Below, piece after piece: positions 49,248 through 59,239 of a stretch of DNA of 64,000 nucleotides. The DNA is from Nitrosopumilus sp. (GTDB taxonomy: Archaea > Thermoproteota > Nitrososphaeria > Nitrososphaerales > Nitrosopumilaceae), in the NCBI GenBank assembly GCA_965214775.1, contig OZ243974.1, positions 96,001 through 160,000 of the forward strand, in the 5' to 3' direction. The notes under the pieces were generated by a model, which did not search any database, was not told the DNA's origin, and saw nothing but the letters and a program-made list of their open reading frames with translations. Numbering within the stretch: position 1 is the stretch's first letter; each line of letters begins with the position of its first letter. The translations under genes were made by a program, and so were the position numbers.

Positions 49248-50045
49248 ATGCTGTTGAATCAAGAGATTGTTGAGGAAATCCAAAACCAGGACTATCCTGC
49301 CATTGCAGAGATGATAGAAAATTTTCTGGTTAATGAGATGGAGAAAAACAATGCAGAGGGTCTGATTTTAGGACTGAGCGGAGGAATTGATTCGGCAGTT
49401 CTTGCCTATATCTGCAAGGGAAGACTCAAAGAAAAGACCACTGCCATCATCATGCCAGACACCTCAATCACGCCAAGTTCAGAGACCGAAGATGCAATGA
49501 GGATGATATCACTCACAGGAATCAGATACAAGTTAATTGACATCAAGCCAATCGTGACTGAGTATGGAATGTATCTTGAACCAAACGAAAAAGGAAAAGG
49601 AAATCTCAGGGCCAGAATCAGAACAAATATTTTGTATTACTATGCAAATGCCAAAAACTATCTGGTATTAGGTTCCAGCGATAAAAGCGAATACAACACA
49701 GGATATTTTACCAAATACGGAGACGGGGCATCAGATATAACTCCGATTATTTCACTTTACAAGCTGCAGGTCAGAGAGCTTGCAAAATTCTTGGGAGTTC
49801 CCCAAAACATCATCGCCAAGAAGAGCAGCCCCTACTTGTGGAAAGACCATGAGGCCGAATCCGAGTTGGGCACGACATACGAGGAGATTGATTCGATTCT
49901 GTTTTGCCTTATTGATAAGAAAATGACAGTAAAAGAGGTTGCAGGCAAAACAGAAATTGACCAAACCACAGTAAGCAAGATCTACCAATTATATCAAAAC
50001 AGCGAACACAAAAGATCACTGCCACAAAAACCCAGCATGAAATAA
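49248..50045 (+). CDS. nadE: NH3-dependent NAD+ synthetase
   Basis: LGLSGGIDSA, GNLRARIR and GYFTKYGDG motifs. Confidence 0.95.
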   Translation: MLLNQEIVEEIQNQDYPAIAEMIENFLVNEMEKNNAEGLILGLSGGIDSAVLAYICKGRLKEKTTAIIMPDTSITPSSETEDAMRMISLTGIRYKLIDIKPIVTEYGMYLEPNEKGKGNLRARIRTNILYYYANAKNYLVLGSSDKSEYNTGYFTKYGDGASDITPIISLYKLQVRELAKFLGVPQNIIAKKSSPYLWKDHEAESELGTTYEEIDSILFCLIDKKMTVKEVAGKTEIDQTTVSKIYQLYQNSEHKRSLPQKPSMK

Positions 50046-50046
50046 A

Positions 50047-51468
50047 ATGATCATACAAGACACACTATCAAACACAAAGCAAGAGATAGACATCTCAAAA
50101 AAGATACTACGAATTTACCTTTGTGGAGTTACTGTATATGACGAGTCTCATATCGGGCATGCCAGAACAATCATTGTTTTTGACGTATTAAGAAGATATT
50201 TGGAGCAAAAAGGCTTGCAGGTTGAGTTTGTTCAGAACTTTACAGACGTGGATGACAAAATCATCAACAAGGCAAAAAGCGAGAACACTTCAACTGAAGA
50301 AATCAGTGCAAGATACATCAAGAGTTACTTTAGTGATTTTGATCGATTAAATGTAAAAAGAGCCACAAACTATCCTAAAGCCGCAGAACACATCAAAGAC
50401 ATCATCAGATTCATTGAGAAATTGGTTGAAAAGGGAGTTGCTTATGAATCAAAAAACGGGGTATATTTTTCGGTTTCAAAATTTCCAGAATACGGAAAGT
50501 TGTCCAAAAAGAAGATTGGCGAATTGCAGACAGGTGCAAGAATTGAAATCGACGATGCAAAAAAAGATCCGTTGGACTTTGCAGTATGGAAGTTTTCAGA
50601 CATAAAACCGGCATGGGACAGTCCATGGGGGAGGGGGAGGCCAGGTTGGCACATCGAGTGCTCTGCGATGAGTATAAAATACCTTGGAGAGAACTTTGGC
50701 ATTCACGGGGGGGGAAGAGACCTCATATTTCCCCATCATGAAAACGAGATTGCGCAATCCGAGTCATGTACGGGCCAACCATTTACCAAAACTTGGATGC
50801 ACGTGGGAATGGTAACCATGAAAGGCGAAAAAATGTCAAAATCCCTAGGCAACATAAAATCAGTAAAACACGTGCTAGAAAATTGGGGGCCCAACGTCAT
50901 CAGACTGTTCTGTCTGTCAGGACACTATTCAAAGCCGATAGATTATTCTGAAGAGCTCTTAAAAGAGAATCTCACAAAATGGAGGCAGGCAGAAACTTGT
51001 TACTTTGAACTAATACATGCAGACAGCGCGGAAGGAGGAGGAGATGCAGCAAACATCACAAGTCAATGCAAGGAGAACTTTGACAGGGCACTAGATGATG
51101 ATCTGAACACACACTTGGCATTGTCCTCATTTTTCCAGCTAGTCAGAGAAACAAACAAAATGGCATCAAGAGGAGTGCTAAGCAAGCCAAATTCAGAGAA
51201 GATCATGGAGGAGTTTCAGAGAATGTCAAAAATTCTGGGCCTACGCATCCAGGAAATGTCCCCATCAGAAAAACAAGAAATTGATTCCATGATTACCAGA
51301 CGGGAGGAACTAAGAAGAGAAGATCGGTTTGAGGAAGCAGATGAAATTCGAGACAAAGTCAGTCAAATGAACATAGAGTTAATTGATCACAAAGGAAAGA
51401 CCGTTTGGGTCAGAAGAGAAGGGATCAAAGCTGACATCCATACTATAGCAACGGGCAGAAGTCTTTGA
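50047..51468 (+). CDS. cysS: Cysteinyl-tRNA synthetase (last codons supplied by a MITE)
   Basis: CGVTVY..SHIGH, GRPGWHIECS, FPHHENE and KMSKS motifs. Confidence 0.96.
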   Translation: MIIQDTLSNTKQEIDISKKILRIYLCGVTVYDESHIGHARTIIVFDVLRRYLEQKGLQVEFVQNFTDVDDKIINKAKSENTSTEEISARYIKSYFSDFDRLNVKRATNYPKAAEHIKDIIRFIEKLVEKGVAYESKNGVYFSVSKFPEYGKLSKKKIGELQTGARIEIDDAKKDPLDFAVWKFSDIKPAWDSPWGRGRPGWHIECSAMSIKYLGENFGIHGGGRDLIFPHHENEIAQSESCTGQPFTKTWMHVGMVTMKGEKMSKSLGNIKSVKHVLENWGPNVIRLFCLSGHYSKPIDYSEELLKENLTKWRQAETCYFELIHADSAEGGGDAANITSQCKENFDRALDDDLNTHLALSSFFQLVRETNKMASRGVLSKPNSEKIMEEFQRMSKILGLRIQEMSPSEKQEIDSMITRREELRREDRFEEADEIRDKVSQMNIELIDHKGKTVWVRREGIKADIHTIATGRSL

Positions 51469-51525
51469 GTCAAAGTAGGCATAACTACGCGTAAAAAACC
51501 TCAATTATTTCTGCTCGTTGCTATA
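51444..51525. mobile_element. MITE family A, copy 7 (in the cysS 3' end)
   Basis: Family A sequence in a CTAG target. Confidence 0.9.
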
Positions 51526-51537
51526 GGATCTGATGAT

Positions 51538-51617
51538 AGACTTTATGCGTAATCGATCTGAATGAGATGAATTTGTTCGTAATAATCCTAGATCTGAACC
51601 GATTACGCATAAAGTCT
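51538..51617. mobile_element. MITE family E copy
   Basis: AGACTTTATGCGTAATCG TIR; TSD GAT. Confidence 0.88.
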
Positions 51618-51827
51618 GATGTACAAAAAAATGGCCTGATAATCTTTGAAACGTTTTTTTGAATCGGTCATCTATGGTGTCGAACGAAAATTCTTCAACG
51701 CATATGGGTACGAAATACACATGAAAACGCTTCCTGTTTTTGAAGAACTTTTAATCGCCACTGTAGATACATTACATACAACGGCCAAAAGAGTCTCAGA
51801 TCTGCTCAGATGAATTTTCTCATAGTT

Positions 51828-52514
51828 TCAAAATCCATTTGAAAAGTCCTCAAGCATGTTTTGATTTTTAGTGAGTCGGTTCATTGCAAAGAATGCGCCA
51901 CCGACAATTCCTGCCTGGTAAAAGGTATACAAAAATACTCCTGACGAGGTGGGATCCGATTTTGTGAAACTCAAAACAAGCATTGTAAAGAAGACGAAGG
52001 TTCCAACAAACGTGACTGTCCTGTTTAGTAATCCGGAATTCATTCCAACAATTCTTTTGGTAGCAGATGCCATCAATGTAATACTAGTAATAATCAAAAA
52101 CGTTGCTCCGCCATTTGCAGTTACAAATGCAGTCAGCCATGCAATCAGACCATCGTCAAGAATTGAGAGTTCTGGCATGATACTGCCGCCATTTATTGCA
52201 AAGTTTACTGCGCTAAACATTCCCCCAATTACAAAAAAGAACAGGAAAATTTTCACAATCGACCTTTTGAAAGGACTCCGGGTTTCTGATGGATTTACAG
52301 CCCGCTCTGCAATTCTAACTCCGTATAGAAATCCTACGGCCATGGCAGGCAGGAACATGATGTTAATCAAGATGGGAGATTCTTCGTTGATCTCCTCAAT
52401 CTGGGGATGGAAAATCAGGAATAAAACTACTGCAAGGGCTGCTGCGGCCCCAAATAGCATCAAGCCCAGATATCGGTGATCCTGCGACCCAGATATCTGA
52501 TCCCAGTTATACAT
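51828..52514 (-). CDS. Multi-pass membrane protein
   Basis: About six hydrophobic segments. Confidence 0.8.
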   Translation of the reverse strand: MYNWDQISGSQDHRYLGLMLFGAAAALAVVLFLIFHPQIEEINEESPILINIMFLPAMAVGFLYGVRIAERAVNPSETRSPFKRSIVKIFLFFFVIGGMFSAVNFAINGGSIMPELSILDDGLIAWLTAFVTANGGATFLIITSITLMASATKRIVGMNSGLLNRTVTFVGTFVFFTMLVLSFTKSDPTSSGVFLYTFYQAGIVGGAFFAMNRLTKNQNMLEDFSNGF

Positions 52515-52620
52515 TTTATAGGCTCATAAGAAGATAATTAAAGAACAAATCGAAAAATCATTTGTTCAAATAATCAATTCTATTTACCCTTTTTAGTAGT
52601 AGAAACAGCCAGTCTGATAC

Positions 52621-52860
52621 ATGAGACAAAGAAAAGGAGGAATGAGGGCAGGAAGGGTAGCAAAACTGACAATTATTGTCGGGATCATTGTGATGATTTT
52701 GGGAAATGTCTTTAGTTTTCAGGGCCAGTCAGTTATCGGACCTGAGACATCATTCATGTATTCAAATCCAGATTGGATAACACACGGAATCCAGATTGTG
52801 ATTGTCGGTGGAATAATTTTTGGGGCAGGAGTTGCCATGGCAATGGCAAGGCGAAATTAG
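52621..52860 (+). CDS. Small two-TM membrane protein
   Basis: QGQSVIGP..SFMYSNPDW loop between two TM segments. Confidence 0.75.
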   Translation: MRQRKGGMRAGRVAKLTIIVGIIVMILGNVFSFQGQSVIGPETSFMYSNPDWITHGIQIVIVGGIIFGAGVAMAMARRN

Positions 52861-53156
52861 TTGATTGCTCTAAGAGTTATCGTACTTTGAATGTTTCCAA
52901 GTTTTCTAATCTTTGATGTTATTACCTGATTCATCTCTACATGATTTTCAGTTTCAAATTCGGCTACAACGTCATAGCTTCCATAGGTAATCAGGCAGTT
53001 TTTTATTTCAGGAATTTCTTCTAGTCGGAAGCAAAGGGCCTGCTCTTCTCCCATCTTGCAACCGATTAGCATGATGCCTTTTGCATTAAATTCAGCTTTT
53101 TTAGAAGAGTCCAACTTAAAGGCACCTGATCGGTTGATTCTGGAACCAAGTTTCAA
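52857..53156 (-). CDS. Lrp/AsnC ligand-binding domain protein
   Basis: TYGSYDVVAE...KIRKL.NI.STITL. Confidence 0.8.
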   Translation of the reverse strand: MKLGSRINRSGAFKLDSSKKAEFNAKGIMLIGCKMGEEQALCFRLEEIPEIKNCLITYGSYDVVAEFETENHVEMNQVITSKIRKLGNIQSTITLRAIN

Positions 53157-54349
53157 AATCCGGCATGTATCGGATCAGAAGGTTTCATGATCTCCCTTAA
53201 CAGAATGGTTGCAAATGAACCGCGAGACAAAGTGAACTGTACAGAATTGTTTTGAGACGAGTAATCGGTGCATTGGGCCGATGCCTGCCTAAATCCCCCT
53301 TCGCTGCTAACCTCCTGCATTTCTCTTATGAAAAAGTCCTTTGGGGAGATTTCTTCCCGCCTTAATATTTTTGAAATGTAATGATCAAACCTGGTTTTTT
53401 TGTAGTAAGAGTATCCGACAAACGGCAATGCAAGATTTTGATCCAAACCCATTACAAACCTGCCAATTTTTCCATGAAAATCAAAACACACGTCTCCTGA
53501 TTCGGCCTCAAAAAGACTCTCGCCCCCAGCAAAGGCATCACTCAGAGAGCAGTTGAACAGATATGACTGGCATGCCTGGACATAGAACCTTCGTAACGAT
53601 ATCGGAATGGACCTTACGGCTTTAAAGTAATCATCATGTTCGATCATTTCTTTTAGAACAATCCTTTCAATATCCATCTGATACGGCACTTGCCTAAGAT
53701 ACCTTGAATAGTTTGCCTTGTCAGCCAGTTTTTCTCTAATCTCAGTATTTTCCTTGGAATCATATGTCGAAGTAAATGAAAGAATCAGTTCAACTGCTTT
53801 CTGGAAATTTTTCTGAACAATTGCCTTGCCAATCAAGTGTGTGACAGGTCTCTTTGAGCCAAATCTCTGATACCCGTAAAAATTCAAAATTTTGTCATGC
53901 TCGGCAAATGACGACAGTCCATCTTTGCTATTTTGAATGGCTATTTTGAAATGATTTCCCACCATGTCTTTTTTTAAAAGAGGCTTTTTGACAAACCCCA
54001 AATGAGATAGCGAGTATTTTTCAGAAGAAAAATCTTCAATCTGCCTTCCTTTGTTTTTGGCACAAACATACTGCTCAGTAACTGCCGATGCGTCTTTGAG
54101 TCCCAATGATTTTACACGCAGGCCTTTTTTTCTAAAAATATCAGACAGTGCGTGATTTGTGTCAATTCTTCTCTTTTGTAATTTGTAAACAGCATAGTCG
54201 CCTTCAGGCTTGATTGAACTTTTTATTTTTTCAGAAATTACTTCGTACACTTTAAAGTCTTCAGGAGAGTTTCGGATTGTTCCTCCTATTCCATCAGAAC
54301 TTGTACTGTAAACGGTGATTCCAATTTGGGAATCTAGGTTGGGTATCAC
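53153..54349 (-). CDS. truD: tRNA pseudouridine(13) synthase
   Basis: PEDFKVYE, GLKDASAVTEQ, GNHF, NFYGYQRFG and GSFATILLRE motifs. Confidence 0.94.
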   Translation of the reverse strand: MIPNLDSQIGITVYSTSSDGIGGTIRNSPEDFKVYEVISEKIKSSIKPEGDYAVYKLQKRRIDTNHALSDIFRKKGLRVKSLGLKDASAVTEQYVCAKNKGRQIEDFSSEKYSLSHLGFVKKPLLKKDMVGNHFKIAIQNSKDGLSSFAEHDKILNFYGYQRFGSKRPVTHLIGKAIVQKNFQKAVELILSFTSTYDSKENTEIREKLADKANYSRYLRQVPYQMDIERIVLKEMIEHDDYFKAVRSIPISLRRFYVQACQSYLFNCSLSDAFAGGESLFEAESGDVCFDFHGKIGRFVMGLDQNLALPFVGYSYYKKTRFDHYISKILRREEISPKDFFIREMQEVSSEGGFRQASAQCTDYSSQNNSVQFTLSRGSFATILLREIMKPSDPIHAGF

Positions 54350-56004
54350 TCTATTGTCACTGTGACGAATTTGCCAATTGCCACATCAGTTGTTTGAAGC
54401 CCAATCAGAACCTTGTATGTTCCGGGAGGCGCATCCTCAGAAGCAGAGATGTCAGTGGTGATTGTCCGCGTGGTATTATCATCATAGATATCATCGGTAT
54501 AATTATCATCGCCATTATCCGTGTTGCCCAGCTGGAAAACAGACGGGGAGTCATGTGTCAATTCAACATCAATAAAATCATGGGTCGGGGAAAGAACGAG
54601 GCTTACTCCCATCGGGTCTTTTTGAGACTTTGTGGACACTGTGAAATCAAAGTGTGCCAAGCCTCCAGGCTCCAAAGTAAGAGAGTCTGATTCCAATTGA
54701 ATTTCGGCAGGAAGCGGAACGGAGGTATCAACTACGCCAATGTTGTTTTCAACCCATTCAGTAAACCAAACCTTTGGACCGTCAACAGTAAAACCAAATA
54801 CTTGCGCCATACCGCAGTCAGACAGCATCAAGCCGGTTCCGGGATCACAGTCAGCCCAGTAGGGGTTCTTGGAAGGAACGTGATACTCCACCAGGGATTC
54901 TGTCTGAGGATTCATCACAGAGATGTTGTTGGATGTATGCGCATTAAAGACAATTCTTCCGTCATCATCGGCTTGCATCCAATATGGCCTGGAGACAGGG
55001 TTTTTTATTATGCCGGTTTGGTTGCCGTATGTACTGAACATGGGCTCTGCAGTTACATACTGGGTGTAGATTTCAGTGGATGGATCAAAACTGAAGAACG
55101 AGGAGGAACTGGTGTCGGCCAGCCAAATTCTTCCATCGTTGCCTACCTCAATACCATTTGGCGTCAGCAACTGAGGTGGAAGTTCAAAAATATCCGCATG
55201 ATCTATTGTAGGCAAGAATGCCTCGCCGGTCTGAAAAACTGCAGTCCTGTATGCAGTATAATCAAACTTTAGCAGGACACCGCCTTGTTGGGACAGCCAG
55301 TTCGTATACCAGACATTGTCGTCTTTGTCAATTGCAAAGTCTGCCGTAAATGAATTTTCAAAAGGCGAGGGAACGCTCAGATATTCGATTTCGTCGGCGG
55401 ATTGTGCAAGCTCAAGGAAGCTGATCTTGTTGCCAGTAAAATCGTTAATTATCATTTGAGAGCCGTCAATTTGCAGTCTTTGGGGCAGAGAATCGCCACC
55501 TTCTGAAGGATATGAGATTCTGCGGTATTCCTCATCAATGGTTGAAAATTCCCAGACTGAATCGTGTGCTTCGTCTGTAAACCACAGGGAACCATCAGGG
55601 GCATAATCAATTCCCCACATCATGGAACGGGCTCCCGGCGGCCAAGAAGGATTCGCATATTCTGTAAAAGTTTCAGTCGCAGGATCAAACTTTCCCAAAC
55701 TGCCGGTATTGGTCTCAGTAAACCAGACGTTTCCATCGTAATCAGTGACGATTGCCAGAGGATTTGTACACTCAGTTGGGATGGAGTACTCTTGAATGTA
55801 TCTCGTTGATTTTGGCTCTCCGGTTCCGCAAAATTGTGCGCGGCTTGCATCAGGAAAATTATCTGCAGGGGTTCCAGTACGCGTAAATTCAGGATTGTCT
55901 ATTTCTTCCTGCATTATGTTAGGCATACTTGCAGCAGTTGCCCAAAACAGCAACGAGCCGCCAAACAGTACCGTGAAGATAATGCCCTTGGTTTGTTTTT
56001 TCAC
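54346..56004 (-). CDS. Secreted Vgb (virginiamycin B lyase)-like beta-propeller protein
   Basis: N-terminal TM/signal; repeated DG.(V/L)WFT(E/D) blades. Confidence 0.85.
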   Translation of the reverse strand: MKKQTKGIIFTVLFGGSLLFWATAASMPNIMQEEIDNPEFTRTGTPADNFPDASRAQFCGTGEPKSTRYIQEYSIPTECTNPLAIVTDYDGNVWFTETNTGSLGKFDPATETFTEYANPSWPPGARSMMWGIDYAPDGSLWFTDEAHDSVWEFSTIDEEYRRISYPSEGGDSLPQRLQIDGSQMIINDFTGNKISFLELAQSADEIEYLSVPSPFENSFTADFAIDKDDNVWYTNWLSQQGGVLLKFDYTAYRTAVFQTGEAFLPTIDHADIFELPPQLLTPNGIEVGNDGRIWLADTSSSSFFSFDPSTEIYTQYVTAEPMFSTYGNQTGIIKNPVSRPYWMQADDDGRIVFNAHTSNNISVMNPQTESLVEYHVPSKNPYWADCDPGTGLMLSDCGMAQVFGFTVDGPKVWFTEWVENNIGVVDTSVPLPAEIQLESDSLTLEPGGLAHFDFTVSTKSQKDPMGVSLVLSPTHDFIDVELTHDSPSVFQLGNTDNGDDNYTDDIYDDNTTRTITTDISASEDAPPGTYKVLIGLQTTDVAIGKFVTVTIE

Positions 56005-56163
56005 AATAAAATTGACAAAGTGCCTTTGTTATATCTTTTCTAATGGGGGATTACAGTAGACGTAAATGCAAACCCTCAAAACCACCACGGCCTACGACAG
56101 GCCGGCAAATCCGTACCCTGCAAGATTCCTTCTTCTGGAAGTCACGATGCGCTCATGTACGGC

Positions 56164-56246
56164 TATAGCAACGGGCAGAAGTCCTTGAGTCAAAGTAGGT
56201 CACAACTATACGTAAAAAACCTCAATTATTTCTGCTCGTTGCCATA
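56164..56246. mobile_element. MITE family A, copy 8
   Basis: Family A sequence with a few substitutions. Confidence 0.88.
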
Positions 56247-56292
56247 TGTCAGGTAGATTGTCAAAACATGTGTATCACATATTCTGCTGCAA

Positions 56293-56958
56293 CTATATCT
56301 CTAGTTTTCTCTTTATTTTGGATATTTCAGACTCTAGTTTTTGAAATCTCGAGTCCAGCATGTCACTTACGTTTGATGACAGATTGCGTATCTCAGAGAT
56401 TGTCTGGTCCTGCTTGTCAAGCATCTGGTCCTGCTTGTCAAGCATCTGGTCCTGCTTGTCAAGCATCTGGTCCTGCTTGTCAAGCATCTGGTCCTGCTTG
56501 TCAAGCATCTGGTCCTGCTTTGAATCGAGCTTTCTCAGATACATGGCACCGGTGCCGAACCCCTCTACCATCTCTGCTAGCATTGTCTGCGAAAGTCTGA
56601 AGTTCTTTTGCTCAAATGACATGTTTTGTGTTGATTGGGCATCCATGCCCTCGTGCCTGATCTCAAATGTCTTAAACTCGTCCTTTTTTTCAGAATAGTT
56701 CTTCTGGATGTTTTCTATGAGAATTGGATTCTTGTAGTTCTCCAATGCTGTGACAAATCTGTCGATGCCGTCCTCTCTGCCTTCGCATACGATTCTTACC
56801 GTGCCGTCGCTTAGGTTCATGACATAGCCCTTGAGGCCACACGTGCTTGCATCATGCCGAACCACGTAGCGAAGCCCCACGCCTTGGACAATGCCCTCTA
56901 GCACGATTTCTGCCCTTTTCATCTGCTCCATGATGGATTCATCTGTCCAGAATTGCAT
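56293..56958 (-). CDS. Acylphosphatase with a C-terminal heptad-repeat coiled coil
   Basis: GIVQGVGLR and GYVMNLSDGTV motifs; (DKQDQML)n tail. Confidence 0.88.
   Translation of the reverse strand: MQFWTDESIMEQMKRAEIVLEGIVQGVGLRYVVRHDASTCGLKGYVMNLSDGTVRIVCEGREDGIDRFVTALENYKNPILIENIQKNYSEKKDEFKTFEIRHEGMDAQSTQNMSFEQKNFRLSQTMLAEMVEGFGTGAMYLRKLDSKQDQMLDKQDQMLDKQDQMLDKQDQMLDKQDQMLDKQDQTISEIRNLSSNVSDMLDSRFQKLESEISKIKRKLEI
56403..56520. repeat. Perfect 21-bp tandem repeat, about 5.6 copies
   Basis: Unit TCTGGTCCTGCTTGTCAAGCA. Confidence 0.95.
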
Positions 56959-57152
56959 ATAAGGATTTCATTTTTGTCAGTCTGTTGCATAGTTCAATTT
57001 TTTACTTGAATTTGCTTTAAATGATAAATCCAGATAAAGCAACAATTGATTTTTGATCTACTGTGATCAAAATCAGTAGTTTTTTGACGAAAAAGGAAGT
57101 TATGCAATAGGCTAATTTTCGTACAACAGAGTTTACATTTCCGTCCACTAGA

Positions 57153-57521
57153 TTAAAGCAGTTTTAGTTCCCCCGTAATCCTATCAATCAGATTCTCCGG
57201 GGCAGGCCCTATCGAGATACAAGTAACAGTGCCGGGGGCAAGTTGTGTGTGACCGGCATCTGAGACCTCAGACCATGGCAAATTCAGATCAATTGCACGT
57301 ATTTTTATTTCTTGCAAATCCTTGATTGAGGGGACTTTGAGGACGACTTTTTCTTGACTGCCCCACCATTGTTCATACCATTCAGGATTGGATTTTCTGA
57401 CATGTTCTGCGCCAAGAACACAGGCATGTCCAACCTGGGCGGCAATCTTGCCTTTACCCATTTGAAGATCGGTTCTCACTACAATTACCTGCTTTATGTC
57501 ATCCATGGAGATACCAGACAA
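57153..57521 (-). CDS. pth2: Peptidyl-tRNA hydrolase 2
   Basis: KQVIVVRTDL.MGKGKIAAQVGHA and DAGHTQ motifs. Confidence 0.96.
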   Translation of the reverse strand: MSGISMDDIKQVIVVRTDLQMGKGKIAAQVGHACVLGAEHVRKSNPEWYEQWWGSQEKVVLKVPSIKDLQEIKIRAIDLNLPWSEVSDAGHTQLAPGTVTCISIGPAPENLIDRITGELKLL

Positions 57522-57572
57522 CGGCTCAATGAAAAACTTTTGAATTAAATAATTGACAAAGAAACAAAATCT

Positions 57573-58712
57573 GTGTACTACTCAGATGTCGTTGTGGCCG
57601 GGGGAAGCGTGGCAGGACTGTTATGTGCAAGGGAAATTGCCGCCAGAGGGCATTCAGTCACAGTCATTGAGGAGGATTACGAAATCGGAACGCCTGAGCA
57701 TTGTGGGGGACTGGTCAGCCTGTCAGGCCTGCAAGAACTTGGAATAATTCCTTTCAGAAGCACGTTTGATCACTTTATTGAATCAGCTAGGATCAAATCC
57801 CCCAACGGAAGCCACTTTACAATTGATTCAAAGAAACAGAAAGTGATTGAAATCAGCAGGAGGGAGCTTGACAAACAGATTGCGTTTCAGGCCCAAAAGA
57901 GCGGTGCGGCCATCAAAGTAAAGACCAGTTTTCAGGGGATGACTGAGAATGGAATCAGGACAAATGACGGACAGATTGACTGCAAAATTTTCGTGGATGC
58001 AAGAGGAGTTTCATCATTGGTTCATAAAGACAGAACGGGGATTCTGCCATCAGCCCAATATGAAATCTATGCAGACTGGATAAAGAAAGGAAGAGTAGAC
58101 GTAATTTTTGATCAGGAAAAGTATCCCGGATTTTTTGCATGGGTGATTCCGTCAGGAGAAAGCAGGGGAAAAGTCGGAATGGCAGGCAGGGGCATTAACA
58201 CGGCTCAAGCCATGGAAGAACTGCTAAAGGACAAGGGTGATTTTTCAGTAATAAGAAAGATTTTTGCCCCAATTTGGATCAAGGGTCCGATTGAAAACTT
58301 TGTAGAAGGAAAAACAGTGATTGTCGGAGATGCCGCAGGACAGGCCAAGCCGACTACTGCAGGGGGAATCTACACGAGCGGAATGGGCGGAGTTTTTGCA
58401 GGACAGGCAATTGCAAAATTTCTGGAGACAGGAAACCAAGAGGATTTGGAACAGTACCAGAAAAGATGGAACAAGAGGTTTGCAAAAGAATTTGAAAGGC
58501 AGTTGCTTGTAAGAAAAATTCTCGAAAGACTGGACAACAACACAATTGACAGGTTATTCGAGTCTGCAACACCAGAAATCATAGCAGAAATTTCTAAAAA
58601 GGATGACTTTGACTTTCATGCCGGCTCCATTATCAGACTGCTAGGAGTCAAAGGATCCATCAAAACTGTTCAAACCCTGATAGGCGGAGAACTCAAAAAG
58701 ATTCTAAGATAA
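57573..58712 (+). CDS. Geranylgeranyl reductase-family FAD oxidoreductase
   Basis: VAGGSVAG, PEHCGG, FAWVIP and VGDAAGQ.KPTTAGGI motifs. Confidence 0.88.
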   Translation: MYYSDVVVAGGSVAGLLCAREIAARGHSVTVIEEDYEIGTPEHCGGLVSLSGLQELGIIPFRSTFDHFIESARIKSPNGSHFTIDSKKQKVIEISRRELDKQIAFQAQKSGAAIKVKTSFQGMTENGIRTNDGQIDCKIFVDARGVSSLVHKDRTGILPSAQYEIYADWIKKGRVDVIFDQEKYPGFFAWVIPSGESRGKVGMAGRGINTAQAMEELLKDKGDFSVIRKIFAPIWIKGPIENFVEGKTVIVGDAAGQAKPTTAGGIYTSGMGGVFAGQAIAKFLETGNQEDLEQYQKRWNKRFAKEFERQLLVRKILERLDNNTIDRLFESATPEIIAEISKKDDFDFHAGSIIRLLGVKGSIKTVQTLIGGELKKILR

Positions 58713-58764
58713 ACGTGCCGGACTTTCAGGGAAGGTATAAATGATGTTTGGCAAGATTTCAGGT

Positions 58765-58944
58765 ATGTCCTCTACAATTGTATTGCCAAAATGTAACGGC
58801 TGCAACAGATACATTATGCCCAATGATAAATGTGTGAAATTCAACTGTCCGGAATGCGGCAACGAGCTGATATGGAGATGCCAGAGCTGCAGGGAAGCGG
58901 CAAGAAGATATACCTGCTCCTCATGTGGATTCACGGGACCTTGA
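58765..58944 (+). CDS. Zinc-ribbon protein (DUF1610/HVO_2753 family)
   Basis: Four CxxC pairs ending CGFTGP; upstream of EF-1beta. Confidence 0.9.
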   Translation: MSSTIVLPKCNGCNRYIMPNDKCVKFNCPECGNELIWRCQSCREAARRYTCSSCGFTGP

Positions 58945-58949
58945 AGAAA

Positions 58950-59231
58950 ATGGCACAATTACTCTTCATTACAAAAATCCTGCCTGAAGGAACCAAAGTC
59001 GATTTAGACAAGCTTGCAGAAGCAATCCAGTCATCACTGCCAGAGGGCATCAACATGAAAAGACATGCCAAGGAACCATTGGCATTCGGGTTGGAATTTT
59101 TGAAGGCAGAGTTCATTCTAGAAGACAAGGAAGGCCAGAGTGATGCACTTGAAGATGCCGTAAGAGGCATAAAAGGCGTCAGCGAATTCGAAGTGCTCAA
59201 CATGAGCAGAATGTCAGTTGACATGAAATAG
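58950..59231 (+). CDS. ef1b: Elongation factor 1-beta
   Basis: KILPE...DL..L and EPLAFGL motifs. Confidence 0.9.
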   Translation: MAQLLFITKILPEGTKVDLDKLAEAIQSSLPEGINMKRHAKEPLAFGLEFLKAEFILEDKEGQSDALEDAVRGIKGVSEFEVLNMSRMSVDMK

Positions 59232-59239
59232 GTGGTTTT

